From assembly GCA_963722255.1 (NCBI GenBank), contig CAVRJO010000002.1:480001-544000 (forward strand): a DNA stretch of 64,000 nt, written 5' to 3'. The DNA comes from Candidatus Babeliales bacterium (GTDB taxonomy: Bacteria > Babelota > Babeliae > Babelales > JANWKD01). The notes under the pieces were generated by a model that was not told the origin of the DNA, searched no databases, and was given only the letters and a program-made list of their open reading frames with translations. Positions 49,016-58,654 of this stretch are shown piece by piece (the stretch's first letter is position 1; each line of letters opens with the position of its first letter). Both the position numbers and the translations under genes were made by a program.

Positions 49016-50041
49016 TTACTTTTTACAACCAAACGTTACTTCAGCTAAAATTCCCAAATGGTCGGTCATTTTGTCATTGAAGGTCTTAATGATATCCGAT
49101 TTCGCATCAATATCCGGTAAAGGATTAAGAAGCCAAGCATAATCAACACGATCTGTTTGCGTGTCTGCAACCTTTCCCTTTTCCCAGGAGCTGCTTTTAA
49201 CACGTTGCGAGCCATTATAATAGGTATCTAATGCTGCAGGAAATGTCTATAAAAAGACATCATAATCTTCGCTATCGCGTGTACGACTAATATTTAAATC
49301 ACCTACCAATAAAATAGGTGCTTCTTTAGTAAAGTAATCCTTAGTACCCACAAATTTTTGAATTTCTCTTTTTGCTTGGCGCAACTCCATCTGAACTATT
49401 TGACTTGAACTTAATGAATTAGGGCTTTTACCCTCGCAGGAACGTGGACGAACTCCAAACATTTTTATATACCACGCTCTATCAACTCCGGCTTGAAGAT
49501 GTGTATTGAAAAGATAGAAAGGACAGCCATCGACATCAAGCTCTACGCCCATAATACCCTTACGTGCAAGCGCTTCAACTCCTGCCCAACATTCATAATC
49601 TTTAATCATTTTTCTCTTTATGGGATATTTACTAAAAATCACTAATCCTGAATTGACACCACCAAGATAAGAACCGGCTCGATCATCAAAATAGGCATAT
49701 GGATATCTATCTTTAATTACTTTATACAGATATGAGTTTACTCGACGCTTATCAAAAGCCTCTTGAAATGCAATGACATCCGGTTGCAGTTTACCCATAT
49801 TTTTGATAGTAGTTCCGAGCAATAAAGCACGTTTTTTATTTTCTTTAAGTCCTATTGAAATAGAACCAAAAAAAACAGACATTAACCCGGTATTAAGGGT
49901 TAAAACTCGTATCGTTTTTTTATTGAATGGTTGTTCTTTAGCAGCTCCATAAGAATATGCAGAACCAGTAAATAACCATATAAGCAACAACAGATTGATT
50001 TTACCTAGTAACTTCATGAGACCTACTCCAAGTTTTTTCAC
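49016..50041 (-). pseudogene. sphingomyelinase-like EEP phosphodiesterase with an in-frame TAG at 49247-49249
   Basis: DVIAFQE, NSGL..FSKYPI, NTHLQA and GDLN before the stop; DRVDY and TDH continue in frame to TAA at 49016. Confidence 0.8.
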
Positions 50042-50091
50042 TATAGATTCTAAAACTTAGGATATCATTTTTTTATTTCAGATTGCAACAA

Positions 50092-50673
50092 TCACTTTAC
50101 ATAAAGCCAACATGATTGGCAATGATCATTGACCATTCCAACAGCTTGCATAAAGGCATATATAATGGTTGGGCCAACAAAAGTCATGCCACGCTTTTTT
50201 AAATCTTTAGAAATGGCACTACTTTCCGGAGTTGAAGCTGGAATATCTTTTATTGATTTCCAGTGGTTTTTAATTGGTTTGTTCTGTACAAAATTCCAAA
50301 TATAAGTATCAAAAGAATTATATTCTTGCTGTAGGGTTAAAAAAACTTGGGCATTAGTCCGAGCAGCATAAATTTTTAATTTATTACGAATAATGGTCGA
50401 ATCGTTTCGCAATGATTCCAGCTGTAGATCGGTCATTGAAGCAACCTTTTTTGGATCAAAGAAATGAAATGCTTTTCGATATCCTTCACGTCTTTTGAGA
50501 ATAGTTTCCCAATTTAGTCCCGCTTGAGCACCTTCTAAAATAAGCATTTCAAATAAAAGCCGATCATTATGCACGGGAAGACCCCATTCAGTATCATGAT
50601 ACCGAGCATACAAATCTTTACCTTTCTCTCCACCAAAACAACGAATTTTACCATCAGAACTGATGCTACTCAT
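50092..50673 (-). CDS. tag: DNA-3-methyladenine glycosylase I
   Basis: YHDTEWG, LFEMLILEGAQAGL.W, IIRNKLKI, FVGPTI.YAFMQAVG.VNDH. Confidence 0.95.
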   Translation of the reverse strand: MSSISSDGKIRCFGGEKGKDLYARYHDTEWGLPVHNDRLLFEMLILEGAQAGLNWETILKRREGYRKAFHFFDPKKVASMTDLQLESLRNDSTIIRNKLKIYAARTNAQVFLTLQQEYNSFDTYIWNFVQNKPIKNHWKSIKDIPASTPESSAISKDLKKRGMTFVGPTIIYAFMQAVGMVNDHCQSCWLYVK

Positions 50674-51256
50674 GTACAGAATTCCTCATGAGAATTCCCT
50701 CATGTGCAAGAAGCCACTGTTTATTTTTTATGCCGCCACTATAGCCACCAAGATCACCATTCGCATTAATAACTCTATGGCAGGGGACAATAAGTACGAG
50801 TTTATTTGTGCTATTTGCTCGACCAACAGCTCTCATCGCTTGGGGTTTTTCAATCAAATCTGCAACTTTTTTATAGCTCAATGTTTGACCATAAGGAATT
50901 TTTTGCAGTTTGTTCCAAACATTTTTTTGAAACTGTGTCCCACAAAGTAGATACGGCGTTTTAAATTCCTTAATTTTCCCTTCACAATACAAGTGTAACT
51001 CTTTTTCTAGAATATCAATTATAGAAGTTCTACCTAAAACTATATTTGATTCTGTTTCTTTCTTTAGCTCTTCACAATGGCGCTTAAGATAGCGCCCTTC
51101 CGTAAAATCTAAAAGATACAAAGCATTAGTATCAGCAAGGGCTACCATTGTTCCAAGTTTAGTTTCAAGCCGTGAAAGATATAATGTCTTTATATAATTT
51201 ACGTTTTCACACAAGAGATCATTAAAAGTGTCATTTAATTGATTTTTTGTAGTCAT
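50666..51256 (-). CDS. ogt: methylated-DNA-protein-cysteine methyltransferase
   Basis: GTQFQ..VW..L..IPYG, RAVG.AN, PCHRV. Confidence 0.93.
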   Translation of the reverse strand: MTTKNQLNDTFNDLLCENVNYIKTLYLSRLETKLGTMVALADTNALYLLDFTEGRYLKRHCEELKKETESNIVLGRTSIIDILEKELHLYCEGKIKEFKTPYLLCGTQFQKNVWNKLQKIPYGQTLSYKKVADLIEKPQAMRAVGRANSTNKLVLIVPCHRVINANGDLGGYSGGIKNKQWLLAHEGILMRNSVHE

Positions 51257-51366
51257 AATGCTCTGTAATATGAAATATTTTTTTGTTATAATGTATTAGT
51301 ATAGGTTAAATTATATATAAAAAAACCAAAAATTCTATTCTAAAACCATTTATTTAAGGATATTTC

Positions 51367-52251
51367 ATGAAAAAAATGATCTGTTTACTTGGGCTTATTT
51401 GCTTACATGTTACAATCAATGCCAAACCAGACCTTCGACCCGAAGCAAAGCCGAATAAACCACTTTCCAAATTAAGTAGTTTCATCAGTAAAGCACATGA
51501 CTTCCTTTGTTTAGAATCACTAGGAATAGCGGCTCTTGTGCCTGAAAATGAAAAATTTATTAGAGCTATTATCGATGATTTAGGGATGCAAGATTATTGC
51601 ATTGAATTGCGCAGCATGAGCAACTATGCACAACAGGGATTTAGCTTAAATAATATAATCCTCGCCCCTTTTACTCCAATTACACCATATGGTAGAGTAA
51701 ATATATTTACCATACCATCATTCTTAGGAAGAAAATCACATACTCATATTTATATTAGCGAAGAATGGTTTTCAACCCTTCAAGAGCAAGAAAAACAAGC
51801 TCTCATCAGACAGGAATTAATGCAATTAAAGAATGGTTATTTTTTAAAAAGATTAGCCGTGGCAATTGCAAGCGGTGTAGGTTGTTATATCCTTGAAGGA
51901 GAAGTTAAACGACACTTAGTAGACCCATATGATTATTCTATTGAAAACCATAAAAATAATAAAAATATTTCTTTTGTTTCCTCAAAAATAAGAAATCTTA
52001 CAATCCTTTTGCTTGTTGCAGCATATTCAAGAATGTGTCAAGAAGAAGCAGATTGTGAAGCGGTTAAAACAATGAATAACAAAGAAGGATTTATTAGCCT
52101 CTTAAAAAATATGCAAGATCATATTGAAGATCCTGATTCTAAATATTCTGTTAAACGCTTAATCAACGCTATAGTCAATCCATTAATCGCATTGGTCAGA
52201 TTTAAGCCAAGCTTTGATGAACGCATTGAATATATTACTGCACTTAAATAA
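51367..52251 (+). CDS. M48-peptidase-like secreted protein lacking the zinc-binding histidines
   Basis: EKQALIRQELMQ in place of HExxH; SR..QEEAD..A; PS..ERI. Confidence 0.65.
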   Translation: MKKMICLLGLICLHVTINAKPDLRPEAKPNKPLSKLSSFISKAHDFLCLESLGIAALVPENEKFIRAIIDDLGMQDYCIELRSMSNYAQQGFSLNNIILAPFTPITPYGRVNIFTIPSFLGRKSHTHIYISEEWFSTLQEQEKQALIRQELMQLKNGYFLKRLAVAIASGVGCYILEGEVKRHLVDPYDYSIENHKNNKNISFVSSKIRNLTILLLVAAYSRMCQEEADCEAVKTMNNKEGFISLLKNMQDHIEDPDSKYSVKRLINAIVNPLIALVRFKPSFDERIEYITALK

Positions 52252-52254
52252 AAT

Positions 52255-52277
52255 AAGGGGGAATATTTTCCCCCTAT
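52255..52277. terminator. intrinsic terminator between convergent genes
   Basis: gggggaa / ttccccc stem with A/T-rich flanks. Confidence 0.6.
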
Positions 52278-52302
52278 CTTTAAAAATATTTTTTAATATT
52301 TT

Positions 52303-52683
52303 CTAGTCATACCACTCTGAAGCATTAAAAGACGCAAAAGGGAGACCAACTATAAAACCAACTCCTGCTGCCACTCCTATTAATGCTAGTCTTTCTTTGA
52401 GCGGTCCATGAGTTGTTCCAAAAACCGTAATTAAGGCATTACTACCAGATATTAATCCAAGCGTTATTAGATAAAGTTTTTCATAACGATCTAACGGTAT
52501 ACGGTTATAAAGCTTTTTAGCAATGGAAACCAGATAAATATCTTCATTATGAGCAATTGGTTGCTCACAATTTTGAATTTCTTGCTTACTTGATTTGGGT
52601 GTACTATTCTCGCCTGCAAAACAATGGCTTAAGGGAGCTAAGGCAATAAAAATGCTTAATAAAAATTTATAATTCATATACAA
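52303..52683 (-). CDS. secreted/membrane hypothetical protein
   Basis: Signal peptide plus two hydrophobic helices. Confidence 0.65.
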   Translation of the reverse strand: MYMNYKFLLSIFIALAPLSHCFAGENSTPKSSKQEIQNCEQPIAHNEDIYLVSIAKKLYNRIPLDRYEKLYLITLGLISGSNALITVFGTTHGPLKERLALIGVAAGVGFIVGLPFASFNASEWYD

Positions 52684-52869
52684 AAACCTTCCAAATTGTA
52701 TTTTTTATAAAAATTATACTAAATTCATTATATAATAAAAAATAAGCGTATGCAAAAGGCTATTTTTCCTTAAGGGCACTTGTTTTAAAAAAATTAAAAA
52801 ATGAGATATATATCAAATGGCTGTTTTTGCTTTAAATAATTCTTAAATTAAAGAAAAAACAGCCAAATC

Positions 52870-54319
52870 TGTCAACGCAACGTGAAAAGTTCCGGTATTT
52901 AGCAAAGTAAAAAGTTCCTAACATTAAAGCGCCTCCACGGCCGGCGCGACCGGCTTCAACCTACTCTCACTAGGGGGCAACCCGCCTGCCCAACGTTGGC
53001 TATTTTTTGAAGGCTTTCTTGGTATACAGTCAGATATTTTTTTCTCCTGAATTTGGGGGGTTGGTCGTTGGTAGATTTCGCTAAAAGAAAGTTCTGTTTT
53101 TCGAATCCACAGTTTTATGGTTCCATTTAAATGTACTTTAACAACAATGGTATTTTTTGGAAAAATGATTGTTTTTTGCTGATCGCTTAATTGAAAAATC
53201 TGTTTTTGGTAGGTAATAGTAAAATCATTCGTAAGAATACGAGTCTCTTGTGTGCTAAATATATCGTTTAAATCAAATGATTGAGCGCTAGCATGGGCAT
53301 CGCCTTCTTGGGCAGCAGGAACTTGAAATGCAGCATTATGCTTTGCAATATAATTGCTTGTTCGCAGATAATTATTTGCTTGATCTATTGATGATATCCC
53401 AGCAAGTCTCATTTCCTTAATAAGGCGATCTTGAAGGGTTTGATTGCAACGTTCAACGCGGCCCTTTGCCTGAGGACTATTGGCATGTATAACATCAATT
53501 CCCAAATCTTTACAAGCGCGCTCCCATTGGGTCTTTTTAATATTTTCTTGATTACTCAAATTAACATGGAAAACAGAACCGTGGTCAGTATAAAAAGTTT
53601 GAGGAATCCCATATTTTTCAACGTAATTTTTAGTTGCGGTCATTAAAGCATGCATCGATTCAGAAGGGGCAAACTCAAGCCAAAGGATTTGGCCAGTAGC
53701 ATCGTCAATAAAAACAAGTAAGGTACATACCCCAGCACGCCCTTCAAACCAGTCATGTGGAGAGCCATCAAGCTGAATCATTATGCCAAACATACGCCTT
53801 CTTTCTCGTCGCTTGCGATGCTTGCTGCGCTGTTTTTTAGGTTGCCATATTCCTGCCTTAATCATGACCTTTCTAACAGCTTCTCGACTTATCTTTATTC
53901 CATGCAACTCTTTAAGTTTTTCAGCCGCAAAGGTTGGCCCAAAGCCTTGCCAATCGCTTTCTAACAATGAGATTAACAATCGTTCTTCTCCTTGATCCCA
54001 TCTATTTGGGCTTTCTTTTCCCCTATTGCCATGTACAAGGCCAAAGTCGTCAGATTCACAATATCTTCCATATTTTTCTCTGACCCACCGCTCTGTAAAT
54101 CTCAGACGGGCTGCAGCCTCTGCCTGTGTCATTTTTCCTTCTTTAACCTGAACAAACACTTTTGCCTGTTCTCGTTCTTTGCGATTCATGGTAATATATT
54201 CCATATAAGTTCCGTTGCATTTTTAGAGTTTTTCTTTTTGTTTACAAGATTAAGTTTACCCTAAAAACCGGAACTTTTTACTTTGCGCTATAATAGGAAC
54301 TTATCACTTTGCGCTAACA
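52870..54319 (-). mobile_element. IS1202-family (formerly ISNCY) element with a 17-bp target duplication
   Basis: TGT...ACA ends, two internal gcaaagt.a.aagttcc-like repeats per end; gaaaaaacagccaaatc at 52853-52869 and 54320-54336. Confidence 0.88.
52924..54204 (-). CDS. IS1202/ISNCY DDE transposase
   Basis: N-terminal HTH; QLDGSPHDWFEGR, YTDHGSVF, ANSPQAKGRVER, TLQDRL. Confidence 0.92.
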   Translation of the reverse strand: MEYITMNRKEREQAKVFVQVKEGKMTQAEAAARLRFTERWVREKYGRYCESDDFGLVHGNRGKESPNRWDQGEERLLISLLESDWQGFGPTFAAEKLKELHGIKISREAVRKVMIKAGIWQPKKQRSKHRKRRERRRMFGIMIQLDGSPHDWFEGRAGVCTLLVFIDDATGQILWLEFAPSESMHALMTATKNYVEKYGIPQTFYTDHGSVFHVNLSNQENIKKTQWERACKDLGIDVIHANSPQAKGRVERCNQTLQDRLIKEMRLAGISSIDQANNYLRTSNYIAKHNAAFQVPAAQEGDAHASAQSFDLNDIFSTQETRILTNDFTITYQKQIFQLSDQQKTIIFPKNTIVVKVHLNGTIKLWIRKTELSFSEIYQRPTPQIQEKKISDCIPRKPSKNSQRWAGGLPPSESRLKPVAPAVEAL

Positions 54320-54510
54320 GAAAAAACAGCCAAATCTGTACAGTTTATATAGTCTATGCTATAATCTACACAACTTTGGCTTAAAAAGATGGATTTGTTA
54401 TTTATGGTAGAAAAAGCTCAAAAGGTACTGTGTTGCGTTGGATAAATAGTAGAAAAATTTTGAAAAAAGCATAAGAAATCGCAACAATTACAGCAAGATA
54501 ATTGCATCTG

Positions 54511-55050
54511 TCATAACTCTAGCCACTTTCTAAACATGCGAACTACTGATAAACTTTGCGTTGGAAGCGAAGTTTCATTTTTATCAATCCATCGCAATTC
54601 TTTTGATTCACTATTTTGAATAACTTGTTCATTTCCAACAACACGCAATAAAAATCGAACATCATAATGATAGTGTTCTTTCTCACGGCTATTACCGGGA
54701 ATATGGTGAATATCAATATCAAAAATATCACAGCTTACGGGAACAATCTTTTCAATACCTGATTCTTCTTGTGCTTCTTTAAGCGCAACCTGCAACACGT
54801 TAGAATCGCCATCACAATGGCCACCAAGTTGAACCCATAGATCAAGTTTGTGGTGATGCATAAGGAGCGCTTTAGAACAATCATCATTCAACAACCACGC
54901 TGACCCTGTTATATGACCATATTCTAATGTTCGCTCAAAGCAATCAGGATTTTCTTGTATAAAAGCAATCATTTTTTGCTTTGATTCTATCTCTTCGCTT
55001 GCTTCTGGAAAATAATTGTGTAACAATGTAACCAATGATGATCTATGCAT
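54511..55050 (-). CDS. NUDIX hydrolase
   Basis: GHITGSAW, GGHCDG......ALKEAQEESG, HYDVRF. Confidence 0.9.
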   Translation of the reverse strand: MHRSSLVTLLHNYFPEASEEIESKQKMIAFIQENPDCFERTLEYGHITGSAWLLNDDCSKALLMHHHKLDLWVQLGGHCDGDSNVLQVALKEAQEESGIEKIVPVSCDIFDIDIHHIPGNSREKEHYHYDVRFLLRVVGNEQVIQNSESKELRWIDKNETSLPTQSLSVVRMFRKWLEL

Positions 55051-55079
55051 CTTTTTCTCAAGATTTAAACTTAAAACAA

Positions 55080-55388
55080 TTATTTTTTAATTATATTCAA
55101 AATATATTTATTATTCAATGTATCCCATTCATTCTTAGCCTCTTCTCCCTTCAATTCCCATTCTCTTCCCTCTTGACCATACACAAAAACCAATTTATAA
55201 CCGGTGTACATAGCTTCCTCCTTCTCACCTTCTTTCTTTTGGACACAAATATCGGTATAGGTTCCATCAATCTCTTCGACCAATTGTATCAATATTGTAC
55301 CCTCTAGTTCCCATTTTCTCACGCGCATAGAATAAAGAGAAGCAACAAAAAACAGGCTTATCATCAATAAAAAAAATTGTTTCATCAT
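55080..55388 (-). CDS. small secreted hypothetical protein
   Basis: Signal peptide ending LYS-M. Confidence 0.6.
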   Translation of the reverse strand: MMKQFFLLMISLFFVASLYSMRVRKWELEGTILIQLVEEIDGTYTDICVQKKEGEKEEAMYTGYKLVFVYGQEGREWELKGEEAKNEWDTLNNKYILNIIKK

Positions 55389-55394
55389 CTTCCT

Positions 55395-55865
55395 TTAATT
55401 TTTACTATTTTTGTATTTTTGTAACGATTGCCAAATGTGCCATGCACGACTTCCCTCTCGAGTAAGACATGTACCATGCTTTTTACAATGTATAGTTAGT
55501 AATCCAAAAGTTGTTTTTTCAGAGGGATCGCTAACAGTATCTTTAAGTAATTTTTTGATAACAATACATACTTCATCGTGAAAAAAATTATTAAAGGTAA
55601 TTTCTTGATTCAGATCTTTATGGCAAATAATTAAAACATCTGCATTCTGAAAACATTGATTAAGAGAATATTCTCGTCGCTCTGCTAATCCTTGTTCAAA
55701 ATCTTTTATTTTTTGGTCTTCTGAACTCATGCATAAAGAATTATTGACAAAAAATGGTATCATCATTAAAAATTGCAACATAACTATTAACACCATACTA
55801 TTTTCCTTTATTTCGAAATTCTCTATAACCCAATTTAGATTAAAAAAATTTAGCCTTAGGATCAA
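55395..55865 (-). CDS. small secreted hypothetical protein (true start probably 55796)
   Basis: Signal peptide ending SLC-M; C-terminal G..A...W..L resembles the neighbour at 55080. Confidence 0.55.
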   Translation of the reverse strand: MILRLNFFNLNWVIENFEIKENSMVLIVMLQFLMMIPFFVNNSLCMSSEDQKIKDFEQGLAERREYSLNQCFQNADVLIICHKDLNQEITFNNFFHDEVCIVIKKLLKDTVSDPSEKTTFGLLTIHCKKHGTCLTREGSRAWHIWQSLQKYKNSKN

Positions 55866-55957
55866 TTTGTTTATCCTGTATAAGATACCTTATGGCTTTA
55901 TAAAAAAAAAGATTAGAATCATACATAAAAAGATATATCAATAAACAATAGAAGCAT

Positions 55958-56626
55958 ATGATTGAACAAAAAATAAACATCCTAAAAAAAATTGCTCTCA
56001 GCATAGAAACTTTTAATCACAAATCAGACCAACACAAACAATCACTTACAAAAACTTTTTTAAACTATTTAAAAAATAACCCTTATGATACTGATATCTG
56101 GGTTAAATTTGCACTCGTCTCACATTGTTTATTAAGGAATGATGCTCAAGCAATCGAATGCCTCACAACAATACTTACCTATAATCCCGGTAATATATAT
56201 GTGACCATGCTTTTAGTTATCATATCTGAAAAAATCCATCCTATGAGCGATGATCTTTTTGAACAATTATCAGCATTGCAACCTTCAAGTAAAGAACTCT
56301 TATCGCTTATAGAATATCAAAAGGCATGGTACTATCTTGAAAAAGATGAAGCAATTTACCGATATACTCTTGAAAACTCCTTAGACCTTTGTGGTAGATT
56401 TGTATGGAATTTAAGGGCCCTTGGAACAGTTTATTTTTTGCGTAATAACATAAAAGCTGGACGATCATTATTTGAAAAAGCACTTAACAATATTCAACAT
56501 GTTTATAGTCTCCAAGAATATGAACAGATCGGCATTATCAATATTGATGATTTTTTCAATGCTCGTCTCAAGGGAACTCATATTATGCAACCTATGGTGC
56601 TTATGATGATACAAGCACTCAAATAA
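55958..56626 (+). CDS. TPR-like protein, paralog of 35799..36527
   Basis: YL.NNP.DT.IWVK.AL, EL.SLIEY.K.WYY, LC.R.VWN and F.N.R..G.H are shared. Confidence 0.75.
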   Translation: MIEQKINILKKIALSIETFNHKSDQHKQSLTKTFLNYLKNNPYDTDIWVKFALVSHCLLRNDAQAIECLTTILTYNPGNIYVTMLLVIISEKIHPMSDDLFEQLSALQPSSKELLSLIEYQKAWYYLEKDEAIYRYTLENSLDLCGRFVWNLRALGTVYFLRNNIKAGRSLFEKALNNIQHVYSLQEYEQIGIINIDDFFNARLKGTHIMQPMVLMMIQALK

Positions 56627-56661
56627 AATTTATTAACTGCATTGCCAATAAGGATTTTATT

Positions 56662-57657
56662 GTGGAAATTATTTTTTTTGAGCTTAATGCTATTCAAAAA
56701 GAGCGTTTTAAAAAAGCACTACCTGACGATGATCTCGTTTTTCGACCAGAACCTCTTACAGAAACAAATATTCCTTCTTGCTGCACTGCGCAAATAGTAT
56801 CAATTTTTGTTCACTCAAAAATTACCGAAAAAATTCTTACACAGTTTCCTAAACTACAATTAATTATAACACGCTCAACAGGTTTTGATCACATTGATCT
56901 ACAAGCAACCAAGCGAAGAAATATACAAGTCTGCTTTGCTCCAATGTTTGCAACGGAAAGCGTAGCAGAGCATACTTTTGCACTTTTACTAATGCTCTCA
57001 AAAAAGATAAAACAATCATGCTGTTCATTGGCTATGTTTAGCGCGACTTCTCAATCAATTGAAGGATTTGAGCTTTTTGGTAAAACACTCGGCATAATTG
57101 GACTTGGTAATATTGGAAAAAAAGTGGCTTATATAGCACAGAGCTTTGGAATGAAAATTATTGTTCATGATGATTGTCAAAAAAAAGATCCAACAAATCT
57201 CTATACATTTGTTGATCTTCTCACCTTGTATAACCAAGCAGATATTATTACCTTTCATGTTCCATACACGGCAGAAACATACCATCTCTTGAACCAAAAA
57301 ACGTTACCTCATTTAAAAAAAGGCGTCGTTATTCTCAATACCGCTCGAGGAGAAATTATAGAAACTGAAGCACTACTAGAAGGAATTGAATCCGGTATTA
57401 TTGCTCAAGCAGGTCTTGACGTTCTTGAAGAAGAGCTCTTTACACAAAATCCTTTACAGTACGGCAAAGAAAATAAGTTGTGCGATGAAAAATATAAGCT
57501 TGTTTTACAAAATTATGCACTGATTAATCATCCCAATGTCATTGTAACATGCCATAATGCCTATAATACCGCTGAGGCTATGCAACGAGTAATGGATCAA
57601 ACCATTGAAATAATAAATACCTATAAAAAAGGCAAAAATATTTGCTCAACACCCTGA
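56662..57657 (+). CDS. D-isomer-specific 2-hydroxyacid dehydrogenase (D-lactate dehydrogenase-like)
   Basis: RSTGFDHIDL, VAEH, GIIGLGNIG, NTARG, LDVLEEE, HNAY. Confidence 0.9.
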   Translation: MEIIFFELNAIQKERFKKALPDDDLVFRPEPLTETNIPSCCTAQIVSIFVHSKITEKILTQFPKLQLIITRSTGFDHIDLQATKRRNIQVCFAPMFATESVAEHTFALLLMLSKKIKQSCCSLAMFSATSQSIEGFELFGKTLGIIGLGNIGKKVAYIAQSFGMKIIVHDDCQKKDPTNLYTFVDLLTLYNQADIITFHVPYTAETYHLLNQKTLPHLKKGVVILNTARGEIIETEALLEGIESGIIAQAGLDVLEEELFTQNPLQYGKENKLCDEKYKLVLQNYALINHPNVIVTCHNAYNTAEAMQRVMDQTIEIINTYKKGKNICSTP

Positions 57658-57676
57658 CAACTAGCAAAGAGTCATT

Positions 57677-58654
57677 TTATACGGTGTTATAAGTAAAACG
57701 TTTTTCTTTTGGCAATTGAGTATCCGTGCAATAACGATCACGATACCAATCAATAGTTTTTTGTATACCTTCATTGAGTGAAGTTTTATGGTTCCACCCT
57801 AATGCATGTAAGCGAGTTACATCTAATAATTTTCGTGGTGTCCCATTTGGCAGAGCGGAATTAAAAATAAGTTTTCCTGAATATCCTACATGCTCTTTAA
57901 TAAGAAGAGCCAATTCAAAAATAGAAATATCAAGACCGGTGCCAATATTAATTGGCAAACTATTTTCATAGTTTTGCATCAAAAAAATAAGTGCATCAGC
58001 AAGATCATCAACATACAAAAATTCACGTTTCGGAGTTCCATCACCCCATAATTCAAGTGATGAGATAGAATTTTCTTGTGCATCTACCATCTTTGCAATC
58101 ATTCCAGGCACTACATGAGAGTTGATGAAATCAAAATTATCTTCAGGACCATACAAATTTGTCGGCATACATGAAATAAAACGTGTTTTATATTGTCGAT
58201 TATATGATTGACACAAACCAATACCTGCTATTTTTGCTAGCGCATAAGGCTCATTAGTTTTCTCAAGTGGCCCTGTCATTAAATATTCTTCCTTAATGGG
58301 CTGCTGACAATCACGCGGATATATACATGATGAACCTAAAAATAAGAGCTTTTTTACACCAAACATATAAGAAGCATGTATAACATTAGATTCAATCATA
58401 AGATTATCATATAAAAATTCTGCAGGATAATCGTTATTAGCTTTGATGCCACCAACCTTTGCTGCGGCTAAAAAAACATATTCAGGTCGCTCAGATTCGA
58501 AAAAATGGTTAACAGTTCCTTGATTACGCAGATCGAGTTCTTGAAAATTTTTACTAATGAGATTGGTGAATCCACCTTTATGTAATGCTCGCTTAAGCCC
58601 TGATCCAACTAACCCGGTATGACCTGCAAGATAAATTTTTGAATCTTTATTCAT
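57677..58654 (-). CDS. fcl: GDP-L-fucose synthase
   Basis: AGHTGLVGS, AAAKVGGI.AN, LGSSCIYP, YALAK, MPTNLYGP, REFLYVDD, GTPRK. Confidence 0.95.
   Translation of the reverse strand: MNKDSKIYLAGHTGLVGSGLKRALHKGGFTNLISKNFQELDLRNQGTVNHFFESERPEYVFLAAAKVGGIKANNDYPAEFLYDNLMIESNVIHASYMFGVKKLLFLGSSCIYPRDCQQPIKEEYLMTGPLEKTNEPYALAKIAGIGLCQSYNRQYKTRFISCMPTNLYGPEDNFDFINSHVVPGMIAKMVDAQENSISSLELWGDGTPKREFLYVDDLADALIFLMQNYENSLPINIGTGLDISIFELALLIKEHVGYSGKLIFNSALPNGTPRKLLDVTRLHALGWNHKTSLNEGIQKTIDWYRDRYCTDTQLPKEKRFTYNTV

Noticed and set aside
49247..49249. Genome-wide reassignment of TAG
   Set aside because: Other genes, such as sufU at 7883 and the CaaX proteins at 48528 and 48997, end at TAG at sensible positions
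56662..57657. C-terminal CSTP of the dehydrogenase as a CaaX box
   Set aside because: Cytoplasmic enzyme without a leader, and a terminal Pro is not a favoured CaaX residue
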